This document shows positions 8,106 to 14,558 of a DNA stretch of 34,473 bases, in pieces (position 1 is the first letter of the stretch; the number at the start of each line of letters is the position of its first letter). The stretch is from positions 1 through 34,473 of IMG/VR virus record IMGVR_UViG_3300044612_000089; one strand, 5' to 3'. The DNA comes from a virus (taxonomy: Duplodnaviria > Caudoviricetes). Under the pieces are notes generated by a model. The model was not told the DNA's origin. It made no database searches and worked only from the letters and a program-made list of their open reading frames with translations. The position numbers and the translations under genes are program-made.

Positions 8106-8842
8106 AAAAGTGTTTCCTGTTCCATTGGTTGATAAAAATTCCATTGAGATGGTGAATTAAACGATTCAATCCTTGACCTCATAACTTGCGCTCTGGCTTC
8201 CTTGGTTGGAGGTAGATAATTCCCGTGTTTCCAATGCACATCAATGCCAACATTCCTGCCAATATTTGTACTGTCTGCTGACGCAAATGGTAGTTTTGTA
8301 AAGATTGCAGGGTCTAGCATCCTTAAACCATGAAGTTTGCAAGCAGGTCTTCCCATGTCGTCACAAAGCACTCTCATGGCTTGGCTCATTTTGACCCACC
8401 AGTTTGGTGTGCCTACTGTAGAAAACTCGCCTGAACTCCCAATGCAAACCCTGACATATGTGTTTGCCAGTTGCTCGAGCCTTTCAAGAGATTCGTGCAT
8501 ATGCCAAACTGGTGCGCCAAACCATGTTGGCAATGGGCAATCTCTTAGCAAAGCATCATTGTCTGCCTCGTTGCCATCAATCACATCGGGGATAACTGCA
8601 AAGTCACACGATGGAACTTTCTTTAGATTTAAAGCCCAATCATAAAAAGGCTGCCAATCTGTAATTGGCTTTCCTGATCTCCAAGCAGAAAATGCCCCGT
8701 TATCAATTGCAAATGATTGAGCCACTTCAATGGCTATAGATAACTGGTCTGAATGGGCAAACGAAACAAACGCATGACCATTTTCAATAGCTTTAACAGC
8801 TACTGTCGCAGGAGTTATTGGGAGTCCATGATAATGAATCAT
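8102..8842 (-). CDS. dpdA: TGT-fold, DpdA-like 7-deazaguanine transglycosylase (divergent)
   Basis: IDNGAFS (cf. TGT DSGG[FY]), IPDVI, PVWH, LHGLRM, FASADST (catalytic Asp position); coupled to yhhQ. Confidence 0.7.
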   Translation of the reverse strand: MIHYHGLPITPATVAVKAIENGHAFVSFAHSDQLSIAIEVAQSFAIDNGAFSAWRSGKPITDWQPFYDWALNLKKVPSCDFAVIPDVIDGNEADNDALLRDCPLPTWFGAPVWHMHESLERLEQLANTYVRVCIGSSGEFSTVGTPNWWVKMSQAMRVLCDDMGRPACKLHGLRMLDPAIFTKLPFASADSTNIGRNVGIDVHWKHGNYLPPTKEARAQVMRSRIESFNSPSQWNFYQPMEQETLL

Positions 8843-9297
8843 TCTATTTCTACCACCAGATTCCCATTTGACTTTATGTAGTCTTTTGTTTTCTGAATGT
8901 ATCTCTCAAACTCTGATCTTGAGATACTTCCCTGCTGTAAATCAGCATACTCAATCAATTCTCTGATGGCTTTTATACCTTGACCATCTAATCCCATCTT
9001 CTTTGTCTCTTGGTAGCGTAAGGCGGCTTTATGGAGGCTATCCTGTGCTGTTTGGCATACAGGTAGTACCTCTGGGCCTACTCCGTTCTTTCCCATCATT
9101 TCTGACAGGTTTAGAACATCGACCAAGGTACGCCAGTCAGAGATAATTCCAGAGCCTTTTGTCATTGCGTCTAGTGCTGAGTACTCAAGGAGTCTGAGTT
9201 TGTCCAGCTTGTCCCTCTGGGTTATCGATGCTCCCACTAGGGCATGAGATATCGGATTCACCAGATTCCAATGCTTTCTCTTTGTTTTCTTTCTCAT
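8839..9297 (-). CDS. Hypothetical protein
   Basis: MRKKTKRKHWNLVNPISHAL...; ATGA overlap with the dpdA-like gene. Confidence 0.7.
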   Translation of the reverse strand: MRKKTKRKHWNLVNPISHALVGASITQRDKLDKLRLLEYSALDAMTKGSGIISDWRTLVDVLNLSEMMGKNGVGPEVLPVCQTAQDSLHKAALRYQETKKMGLDGQGIKAIRELIEYADLQQGSISRSEFERYIQKTKDYIKSNGNLVVEIE

Positions 9298-9382
9298 TGT
9301 CTCTGCCAAATATGGCATCCCATCGGTTTGAGTATTCTTGATTGCTTACAGAAAATGGCCTCTGTGTTGACCCTTTGCTCAT
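9185..9382 (-). CDS. Small hypothetical protein
   Basis: MSKGSTQRPFSVSNQEYSNRWDAIFG...; ATGA coupling upstream; its 3' end overlaps the next gene. Confidence 0.55.
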   Translation of the reverse strand: MSKGSTQRPFSVSNQEYSNRWDAIFGRDNEKENKEKALESGESDISCPSGSIDNPEGQAGQTQTP

Positions 9383-9630
9383 TTTTTCATGCCCCTTACG
9401 AAAGCAGCAAAACTCTGTGCCGTATCACCAAATGACTTCATTAGGCTGAACTCATGGGCAACCTCATCTAGCGTCTGGTTGCGTACTGGACAGTTCCTAC
9501 CTTGGGTGCAGTCATAAGTGCAACAGTCCATGCCACTAGACTTGTTTGCTCTCAATATCTGCTTTCCAAGGTTACTGTTTCGCTCAACCATGTTGAAAGC
9601 CTCGTCTTCTTCTTTTGTCCATTCAGTCAT
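9379..9630 (-). CDS. Hypothetical protein with Cys cluster (CCTYDCTQGRNCP)
   Basis: ATG 9630 overlaps the upstream stop (ATGA). Confidence 0.65.
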   Translation of the reverse strand: MTEWTKEEDEAFNMVERNSNLGKQILRANKSSGMDCCTYDCTQGRNCPVRNQTLDEVAHEFSLMKSFGDTAQSFAAFVRGMKK

Positions 9631-9836
9631 GCTTGTCCCCTTGCTCGGATAGCTTCGGCACATTCATATGCAGTACCGTCATCTTCCCAAAGATCATCAC
9701 ACACTACTGCACACGCCTCACGCTCATTCTGTACTACAAGAAAAGCAAAGCGTTCAAACATCAATTTGCATTTATCAATTTCCTCAACAGAAAATCCAAC
9801 CTCTTTTGCTATCTTAGTAATTTCGTTTTGCGTCAT
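9627..9836 (-). CDS. Hypothetical protein (EREACA...CAEAIRARG type)
   Basis: Motif common in small proteobacterial phage proteins; ATGA overlaps. Confidence 0.7.
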   Translation of the reverse strand: MTQNEITKIAKEVGFSVEEIDKCKLMFERFAFLVVQNEREACAVVCDDLWEDDGTAYECAEAIRARGQA

Positions 9837-9982
9837 GTTTTCACCTGTAAAGATATAGGTACATAGATGCAAGCCTTGTCTTTGCTGTTAATTACATGGA
9901 CTGTCGTTTTATGCTCAGACAATGGCCTTTTGCAGTTTGCACACTTTGCATCTGGATGCGATGGTTTGCAGCCTAGAAGCAT
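9833..9982 (-). CDS. Small Cys-rich protein, 49 aa
   Basis: MLLGCKPSHPDAKCANCKRPLSEHKTTVHVINSKDKACIYVPISLQVKT; TAATG and ATGA coupling fill the gap exactly. Confidence 0.6.
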   Translation of the reverse strand: MLLGCKPSHPDAKCANCKRPLSEHKTTVHVINSKDKACIYVPISLQVKT

Positions 9983-10239
9983 TAGACGCACCTCATGTCG
10001 TAGTCAACAGTTTTAGCGTGATCTGCCTCATCTAAAAGGTGTTTAGAAAGACGCATACTTCCCTCGATCTCTAAATCACGATACTGTTCAGCAGTAAAGA
10101 TACCCATCAGCGAAATCTTTTCGTAGATCACATCTTCGATGTTCTCGTTATAAATGCCTTCTTCGTCTTGCTCGTATTCCATAACGACAGTAACGATTAC
10201 AGAGCCTTCACCAACAGTTGTGTCAAATTTGTATTGCAT
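9982..10239 (-). CDS. Acidic hypothetical protein; first gene after an internal promoter
   Basis: AAGGA RBS; very Glu/Asp-rich. Confidence 0.7.
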   Translation of the reverse strand: MQYKFDTTVGEGSVIVTVVMEYEQDEEGIYNENIEDVIYEKISLMGIFTAEQYRDLEIEGSMRLSKHLLDEADHAKTVDYDMRCV

Positions 10240-10330
10240 TTCTTAATCCTTAAAAGTACCCTTGCGAATTGCTTGGGCTGTCTGTAATTGTATAGATTTC
10301 TAAACACAATTGTCTAGGTGTTTATACCTA
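10240..10330 (-). promoter_or_regulatory. Promoter with operator palindrome and leader hairpin
   Basis: TAGGT-ATAAAC-ACCTA palindrome (10315-10330), TAGACA-18-TACAAT, TGTTTA-N6-TATAC, and leader CAGCCCAAGCAATTCGCAAGGGT..TTTTAAGGA. Confidence 0.65.
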
Positions 10331-10660
10331 CTCTGTAGTTTTTACGCCAAGACGCTCACTTGCTTGCTCTGATCTCCAAATGTCAGCTTTCATCTGGGCA
10401 GCAGTCAGCATCCACTTTAAGGTTTCTTCTTTCTCAATAGCGACCATTAGTCCTTTGAGTAGATCAGCATATTCGGAGTGGGCATAGGCTTCTCTCTCTT
10501 GGGCAACACCAGAATCAATCCCTCTGGCTAACGCATCCTTCATCAGCAGAGCCTTCTTTGTTTTACGAAACTCCTCAAGGTAGATTCTTTGGGCTTTTGC
10601 CTCCGCATACTTTGGTGCGTTTTCTAGGATGAACTCAATGGCTTTGTAAGGTGCTTTCAT
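10328..10660 (-). CDS. Helical hypothetical protein
   Basis: GGAG RBS; AKAQRIYLEEFRKTKKALLM..AQEREAYAH..IWRSEQAS. Confidence 0.75.
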   Translation of the reverse strand: MKAPYKAIEFILENAPKYAEAKAQRIYLEEFRKTKKALLMKDALARGIDSGVAQEREAYAHSEYADLLKGLMVAIEKEETLKWMLTAAQMKADIWRSEQASERLGVKTTE

Positions 10661-11512
10661 TTAATCTCCACAGAAGCAAGAAATAGCTTCCTCATCTTTG
10701 TCAAACATATCGGTTTGCTCTGCTGCGTATTTATACATTTGTGCATAAGTAGGCCTGTCAATAGCAAAGAACTTCCCATCACCAGCGCATCTTTTTGAGG
10801 CTTCTTCCTCTTGTTTAATCCACCACAATGCTCTTTCTGGCTTTTCTTGAATAAGGCTGAGAATCTGTGCTTTAGGCTTCAACATACATAAATCACAGTT
10901 TCCATGCATTGTTTTGCCGTTGATGTTTGGTAGGCCTAAGTCAAAATCTTGCTTCTTCCAGAAGTTGCTTACATCTTTAGAAGAAATTCCATCTTGCGCT
11001 AAAGGCAAATGCACAGTCTCATGCTTACCCTCTGGGTTAGGGTTTGCCCTAAATTTGACTACTCGTTTAGGCTCATCAGCACGAATCCCTAGGAAAGACT
11101 CCCATTCCTCCCAACCAACAGACTTTAAATATCTGTAAAAAGTCCTAGTTTTTAGGTTAGCTGAACAGTATCTAGCCCTACCATTTGGTAACGCATTGTT
11201 GAAATGCTTAATGATCTGCTCAAAAGGCTCACCATTTCTGCTTGCTGTTTGGTAATCAACAACTTTAAAAGAGTGTTCACCATCAACCTCCACATATTCA
11301 AGCCAAGTAATTGGCACATTCCATTTTTGTGAGCAGTCATTAACAAACTTTAGGGTAGCTTCTTCTTCTTTGCCAGTATTAGCAAAGATCACTTTAGCTT
11401 CACTTGGTAGGCTCATCTGGTGAGCCAGTAGAACCTTGTAGAGCATAAAAGCAGAAGTCCTACCGCCAGAAAAACTAATGCAAGTCGGCTCTGTTATTTC
11501 GTAAGGATTCAC
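10661..11512 (-). CDS. PAPS-reductase-family / PP-loop (adenine nucleotide alpha-hydrolase) protein
   Basis: ISFSGGRTS PP-loop, FANTGKE, RYCSANLK, GIRADE, GNCDLC and terminal CFCGD. Confidence 0.85.
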   Translation of the reverse strand: MNPYEITEPTCISFSGGRTSAFMLYKVLLAHQMSLPSEAKVIFANTGKEEEATLKFVNDCSQKWNVPITWLEYVEVDGEHSFKVVDYQTASRNGEPFEQIIKHFNNALPNGRARYCSANLKTRTFYRYLKSVGWEEWESFLGIRADEPKRVVKFRANPNPEGKHETVHLPLAQDGISSKDVSNFWKKQDFDLGLPNINGKTMHGNCDLCMLKPKAQILSLIQEKPERALWWIKQEEEASKRCAGDGKFFAIDRPTYAQMYKYAAEQTDMFDKDEEAISCFCGD

Positions 11513-11775
11513 TTGACTACTCCGATCATTCGTAATGCGGCTTCTGGGCTATCTATTCTTGCCAAGGTACTTCCAGACCAATTCTCAAAAAAGTCGGCTT
11601 GTAGCTTGGTTAAACGCTTTCTAGGCCCTGATTTCAACTCAACCAAAAATGTGTGGTTCTTGTAGCCAACCAAAAGATCAACAGGTAGGCCAATAATCCA
11701 GACGTATGCGCCAGCACCTCGCAAGGCTGAAACTATCTGTTCTTGGTTAGCATCAACTCTTGCTGCGTATCTCAT
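11509..11775 (-). CDS. VRR-NUC-like PD-(D/E)xK nuclease
   Basis: AARVDANQEQIVSALR..PVDLLVGY..FLVELK..LTKLQADF. Confidence 0.8.
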   Translation of the reverse strand: MRYAARVDANQEQIVSALRGAGAYVWIIGLPVDLLVGYKNHTFLVELKSGPRKRLTKLQADFFENWSGSTLARIDSPEAALRMIGVVK

Positions 11776-11984
11776 TCAAGTATCCCATTCTTTATTTGCG
11801 CCATATAAGTACGAATCCTGTCTCTAGCACCAGAGCCATAGATTCGTTCTGCTCTCTCTAGCCGACCACGCACAAAGTCTCTGTCTTTGTTTGTTTCCCA
11901 AGTACGATAAAGTTCCCTTGCTTCTGCTTGTTCAAGGATTACCCTATCGTTTGGGTTTTCAATCGTCTTGCGAGAGTAAGTCAC
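11772..11984 (-). CDS. Hypothetical protein
   Basis: ORF track entry; ATGA overlap with the nuclease gene. Confidence 0.6.
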   Translation of the reverse strand: MTYSRKTIENPNDRVILEQAEARELYRTWETNKDRDFVRGRLERAERIYGSGARDRIRTYMAQIKNGILE

Positions 11985-12078
11985 CAGTTAATTCCAATGC
12001 TTTGTTTATCAGGTGTAGAGGGTATGGGATACCTTCACGCACCTTGTCTAGTAGTTTCATAGCTTCATAGTGGCTCAC
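11959..12078 (-). CDS. Small hypothetical protein, 39 aa
   Basis: GTG immediately after the TAA of the MTase beta ORF: (M)SHYEAMKLLDKVREGIPYPLHLINKALELTGDLLSQDD. Confidence 0.5.
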   Translation of the reverse strand: MSHYEAMKLLDKVREGIPYPLHLINKALELTGDLLSQDD

Positions 12079-12823
12079 TTAAAATTCTCCATGCTGTTGC
12101 CGCCACTTCTGGAACTTGCCCATTTCCACAGGCTTTAACTCTGTCCAATCGAGAGGCCAACCCATCATCCACTCCGAGAAATTCGCTGGCAAATGTTTTC
12201 CAGTCATCAACCGATAAGCACTTGTTAGCTTCGCTCCAAACTCCGTGCCAGTTTTTTGACTTGTCCTCACAAATCTTTTGCCTGTGTAAGTTATGCCGTT
12301 TGTTTGACCAGTCATGTAGTCTGAGGCTACGGGAGTGGGCCACCAACCAAAATCGTTCCCTTCTGTGGGGTGCGCCAACGTAGTCTGCTCCCACAATACC
12401 CCATCTCGCATCAAACCCCAATTTGGAAAGGTCTGCAAGCACTCTGTCGAGTCCGTTATTAACGAGCATTGGGGAATTCTCCACAAAGACGAATTTTGGT
12501 CTAACTTCGCCAATAATCCTCCCCATCTCTTTCCATAATCCACTTCGCTCTCCGTCAAGGCCAGCCCCCCCCCCTGCGGCTGACAAGTCTTGGCATGGAA
12601 ATCCTCCAGATACAACATCAACAATTTCTCTCCAAGGTTTTCCGTCAAAGGTTTGAACGTCATCCCAAATTGGGAAAGGCGGGAGAAGTCCGTCATTTTG
12701 TCGGGCGCACAGTACGCTTGCTGGGTAGGCTTCCCATTCGACTGCACAAACTGTTCTCCAACCAAGGAGGTGTCCACCAAGGATGCCTCCACCAGCGCCT
12801 GCGAAAAGAGCCAACTCATTCAT
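12065..12823 (-). CDS. C5-cytosine DNA methyltransferase, alpha subunit (motifs I-VIII and X)
   Basis: LFAGAGG (I), GGFPCQD (IV, catalytic Cys), VENS (VI), PHRRERFW (VIII), ACGNGQVP (X); motif IX is not recognisable in this frame. Confidence 0.92.
   Translation of the reverse strand: MNELALFAGAGGGILGGHLLGWRTVCAVEWEAYPASVLCARQNDGLLPPFPIWDDVQTFDGKPWREIVDVVSGGFPCQDLSAAGGGAGLDGERSGLWKEMGRIIGEVRPKFVFVENSPMLVNNGLDRVLADLSKLGFDARWGIVGADYVGAPHRRERFWLVAHSRSLRLHDWSNKRHNLHRQKICEDKSKNWHGVWSEANKCLSVDDWKTFASEFLGVDDGLASRLDRVKACGNGQVPEVAATAWRILSEPL
12079..12819 (-). CDS. C5-cytosine DNA methyltransferase, beta subunit overprinted in the +1 frame (TRD-like region and motif IX)
   Basis: 246-codon open frame inside alpha; WPTPVASD and HLPANFSEWMMGWPLDWT (motif IX-like E..MG[FW]P..W), as in M.EcoHK31I-type enzymes. 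Confidence 0.75.
   Translation of the reverse strand: MSWLFSQALVEASLVDTSLVGEQFVQSNGKPTQQAYCAPDKMTDFSRLSQFGMTFKPLTENLGEKLLMLYLEDFHAKTCQPQGGGLALTESEVDYGKRWGGLLAKLDQNSSLWRIPQCSLITDSTECLQTFPNWGLMRDGVLWEQTTLAHPTEGNDFGWWPTPVASDYMTGQTNGITYTGKRFVRTSQKTGTEFGAKLTSAYRLMTGKHLPANFSEWMMGWPLDWTELKPVEMGKFQKWRQQHGEF
12565..12574 (-). repeat. G10 homopolymer inside both MTase frames
   Basis: ccag-CCCCCCCCCC-tgc on the + strand. Confidence 0.9.
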
Positions 12824-13545
12824 ACACCGCCTTTCATTTGTTTAGCAAATTGACGAATGTAGTCAGGCATAGGTGCAGCCTTCTTTTCGTCAGCTTTAAT
12901 CTTTTCCAATGCAGGGTCAGGCTCATTCTTTGATGGAACTGTGAGCCTCACAATGTCAGCAGGATTTTGTTTAGGTGCGTGAGTAGTTCTCACCCAATTA
13001 CGCCAAGTAGCAAACCAATCTAGCTTCACACCTTTCTGACCAGCTTGGGCTATCCAGTAATCTTTAAATTGATCAAAGGTTCTGGTGGGGTGAAGTTCTG
13101 GCCTTGTCTCTTTACAAAACTGTTCCCACTCCAATGGAAAAGAAAAATCATTGGCGAGGCGTTTGCCGAGTGTCTTCTTCTCTTTCTTTGTCTCTGCCTC
13201 TGTCTCTCTCTCTCTCTCTGTCTCTGGGATAGCATCTTGCAATCGTTCTGCTAGCACTCCGCTAACAACAGTAAAAAAGTTATTATCAATCAATGGCTTA
13301 ACACCAGACTGGTATTCTTTTTCAGTTATGTGTAGACGAAAGACTAGCTCATCTAGTGAGCCATCAAAAACACCATCTTTTGACTCACTTGCAAGCAACC
13401 AGAGCATGGGTGCTATCGCTTTGCTAGCAATAGGCAAGCGCATATAAACTCTGTCGTTTAACAGGTCACGATGTAATTTAATCCACGGAGGGCATCTGTC
13501 TTTGTAATGTTGAAAGACGGCCCAATTCTTTGGCTGTAAAAGCAT
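12820..13545 (-). CDS. Replication initiator protein (lambda O-like organisation)
   Basis: KNWAVFQHYKDRCPPWIKLH N-terminus, low-complexity ETERERETE linker, C-terminal FKDYW...KLDWFATWRNW; GAGGA RBS ahead of ATG 13545. Confidence 0.8.
   Translation of the reverse strand: MLLQPKNWAVFQHYKDRCPPWIKLHRDLLNDRVYMRLPIASKAIAPMLWLLASESKDGVFDGSLDELVFRLHITEKEYQSGVKPLIDNNFFTVVSGVLAERLQDAIPETERERETEAETKKEKKTLGKRLANDFSFPLEWEQFCKETRPELHPTRTFDQFKDYWIAQAGQKGVKLDWFATWRNWVRTTHAPKQNPADIVRLTVPSKNEPDPALEKIKADEKKAAPMPDYIRQFAKQMKGGV
13170..13270. other. Putative replication origin within the initiator gene
   Basis: Strand-asymmetric (TC)n/(GA)n tract next to GCTAGCA/GCTAACA-like repeats, in the position of lambdoid origins. 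Confidence 0.4.
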
Positions 13546-13578
13546 ATCATCCTCGCACAGTCCACCCACTAACACAAA

Positions 13579-13645
13579 GAAACAATCGGCAGGCGGGGAG
13601 GCTCGCTTTTCGGTTGGGAGATCAAGCCCAACCTAGCCGTGTTTC
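13579..13645 (-). ncRNA. Candidate three-way-junction cis-regulatory RNA in the initiator leader
   Basis: P1 GAAACA.CGGC/GCCG.TTGTTTC, P2 GGTTGGG/CCCAACC, GAAAA linker, P3 GCG/CGC; begins 5 nt after TGATACAAT. Confidence 0.5.
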
Positions 13646-13656
13646 AAAACATTGTA

Positions 13657-14019
13657 TCAAATAAATTGATTGTTGGTAATTTCTTTTTTGACTGGTCTAC
13701 CAAGCAATCGTTTAGCTTGTGCGTTCATAACTGCATACTCTGATTTGCTAAAGATACCCTTGGCGTTACGAATGTCGAAAGGGTTTAGTAAGCAGCGAGT
13801 TTCGTCTTTTGGCCTGTTCTCAATCAAGTGGTTAGCAAGGGTGTACTTAGCCACTCTGTAGCGACCAACCTGAACCTCCTCTGTGGTTAGATCACCTTTG
13901 TATCGTAGTTTCTTAGCTGTGGACAGCACAGAGGATTTGGGCATACCTGTTAGGTCACAGACTTCTTGTGAAGTAAGTGGGCCATTCTGGAGGGCTTTAA
14001 TTATTGCTTCTTGTGTCAT
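13657..14019 (-). CDS. Winged-HTH DNA-binding protein
   Basis: IIKALQNGPLTSQEVCDLTGMPKSSVLSTAKKLRYKGDL; ATGA-coupled to cro. Confidence 0.75.
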   Translation of the reverse strand: MTQEAIIKALQNGPLTSQEVCDLTGMPKSSVLSTAKKLRYKGDLTTEEVQVGRYRVAKYTLANHLIENRPKDETRCLLNPFDIRNAKGIFSKSEYAVMNAQAKRLLGRPVKKEITNNQFI

Positions 14020-14168
14020 TTAAACCATTCTGGTCTGAGTTCTTTGAGTTGATAGATTCGTAACAGGGGGATTGTCTTCCAATGCCAGACAGCCGCCCGT
14101 TTGATTCCAAGGATACGAGCAAGCTCACTCTGTGAGCCAGCAAGTTTGATTGCAGTTTGTTTGTCCAT
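14016..14168 (-). CDS. cro: Cro-like repressor, 50 aa
   Basis: Hand translation: MDKQTAIKLAGSQSELARILGIKRAAVWHWKTIPLLRIYQLKELRPEWFK (P22/N15-type Cro HTH). Confidence 0.85.
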   Translation of the reverse strand: MDKQTAIKLAGSQSELARILGIKRAAVWHWKTIPLLRIYQLKELRPEWFK

Positions 14169-14174
14169 CTCTCA

Positions 14175-14192
14175 AGTATAGCAAGGTAAACA
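14175..14192 (-). promoter_or_regulatory. Leftward promoter for cro (probably leaderless)
   Basis: TGTTTA-CCTTGC-TATACT, then 6 nt to the ATG with no Shine-Dalgarno. Confidence 0.6.
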
Positions 14193-14214
14193 GTTTGTTG
14201 AAAGAAAGATACAC

Positions 14215-14316
14215 TAGGGAAAATACTTAGTAAATAATTGTTGATCTGTATGTTTAGTTTGCTATACTGACGTCAGCCCACAGCAAAACGCAAATGGGTC
14301 TTTTTAAGGAAACAAA
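14215..14316 (+). promoter_or_regulatory. Rightward early promoter with operator-like site and leader hairpin
   Basis: TAGGGAAAATACTTA; TTGATC-16-TATACT with TG extension; leader CAGCCCACAGCAAAACGCAAATGGGT..TTTTAAGGA. Confidence 0.7.
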
Positions 14317-14406
14317 ATGAACTTCGAGAAAATTATGGATTACGTTACAGCAATATCAATCGGTGTTGGCATGGCAGTTTTACTGGTTGCATGGTGGTCA
14401 ACATGA
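14317..14406 (+). CDS. Single-pass membrane peptide, 29 aa
   Basis: AAGGA RBS; MNFEKIMDYVTAISIGVGMAVLLVAWWST. Confidence 0.55.
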   Translation: MNFEKIMDYVTAISIGVGMAVLLVAWWST

Positions 14407-14558
14407 ACACACGATTCTTAGTCCACGTTCGTAAGATATTTGCTACCTACGATGCCCCTCCAGAGGTCATTAGAGGCTACCAAAAGCAATGGGTAAGGTC
14501 AGTTAGGCACTTAGGTGATAAATGGCTTGTAGCGAAACAAATCCAGAGAATCCAATGA
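14403..14558 (+). CDS. Small hypothetical protein, 51 aa
   Basis: MNTRFLVHVRKIFATYDAPPEVIRGYQKQWVRSVRHLGDKWLVAKQIQRIQ; ATGA overlaps. Confidence 0.6.
   Translation: MNTRFLVHVRKIFATYDAPPEVIRGYQKQWVRSVRHLGDKWLVAKQIQRIQ

Noticed and set aside
10661-11512. Dnd phosphorothioation system or sulfur-assimilation AMG
   Set aside because: No dndA/B/D/E, ssp or cys partner genes in the complete genome.
11509-12823. Type II restriction-modification pair (MTase + nuclease)
   Set aside because: The 88-aa nuclease is a typical phage VRR-NUC-like replication/recombination enzyme, too small and not adjacent like a cognate REase.
13579-13645. tRNA, hammerhead ribozyme or terminator
   Set aside because: No cloverleaf or TTC loop, no CUGANGA core, no U-tract; kept only as a generic structured RNA. 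No tRNA gene was noticed elsewhere.
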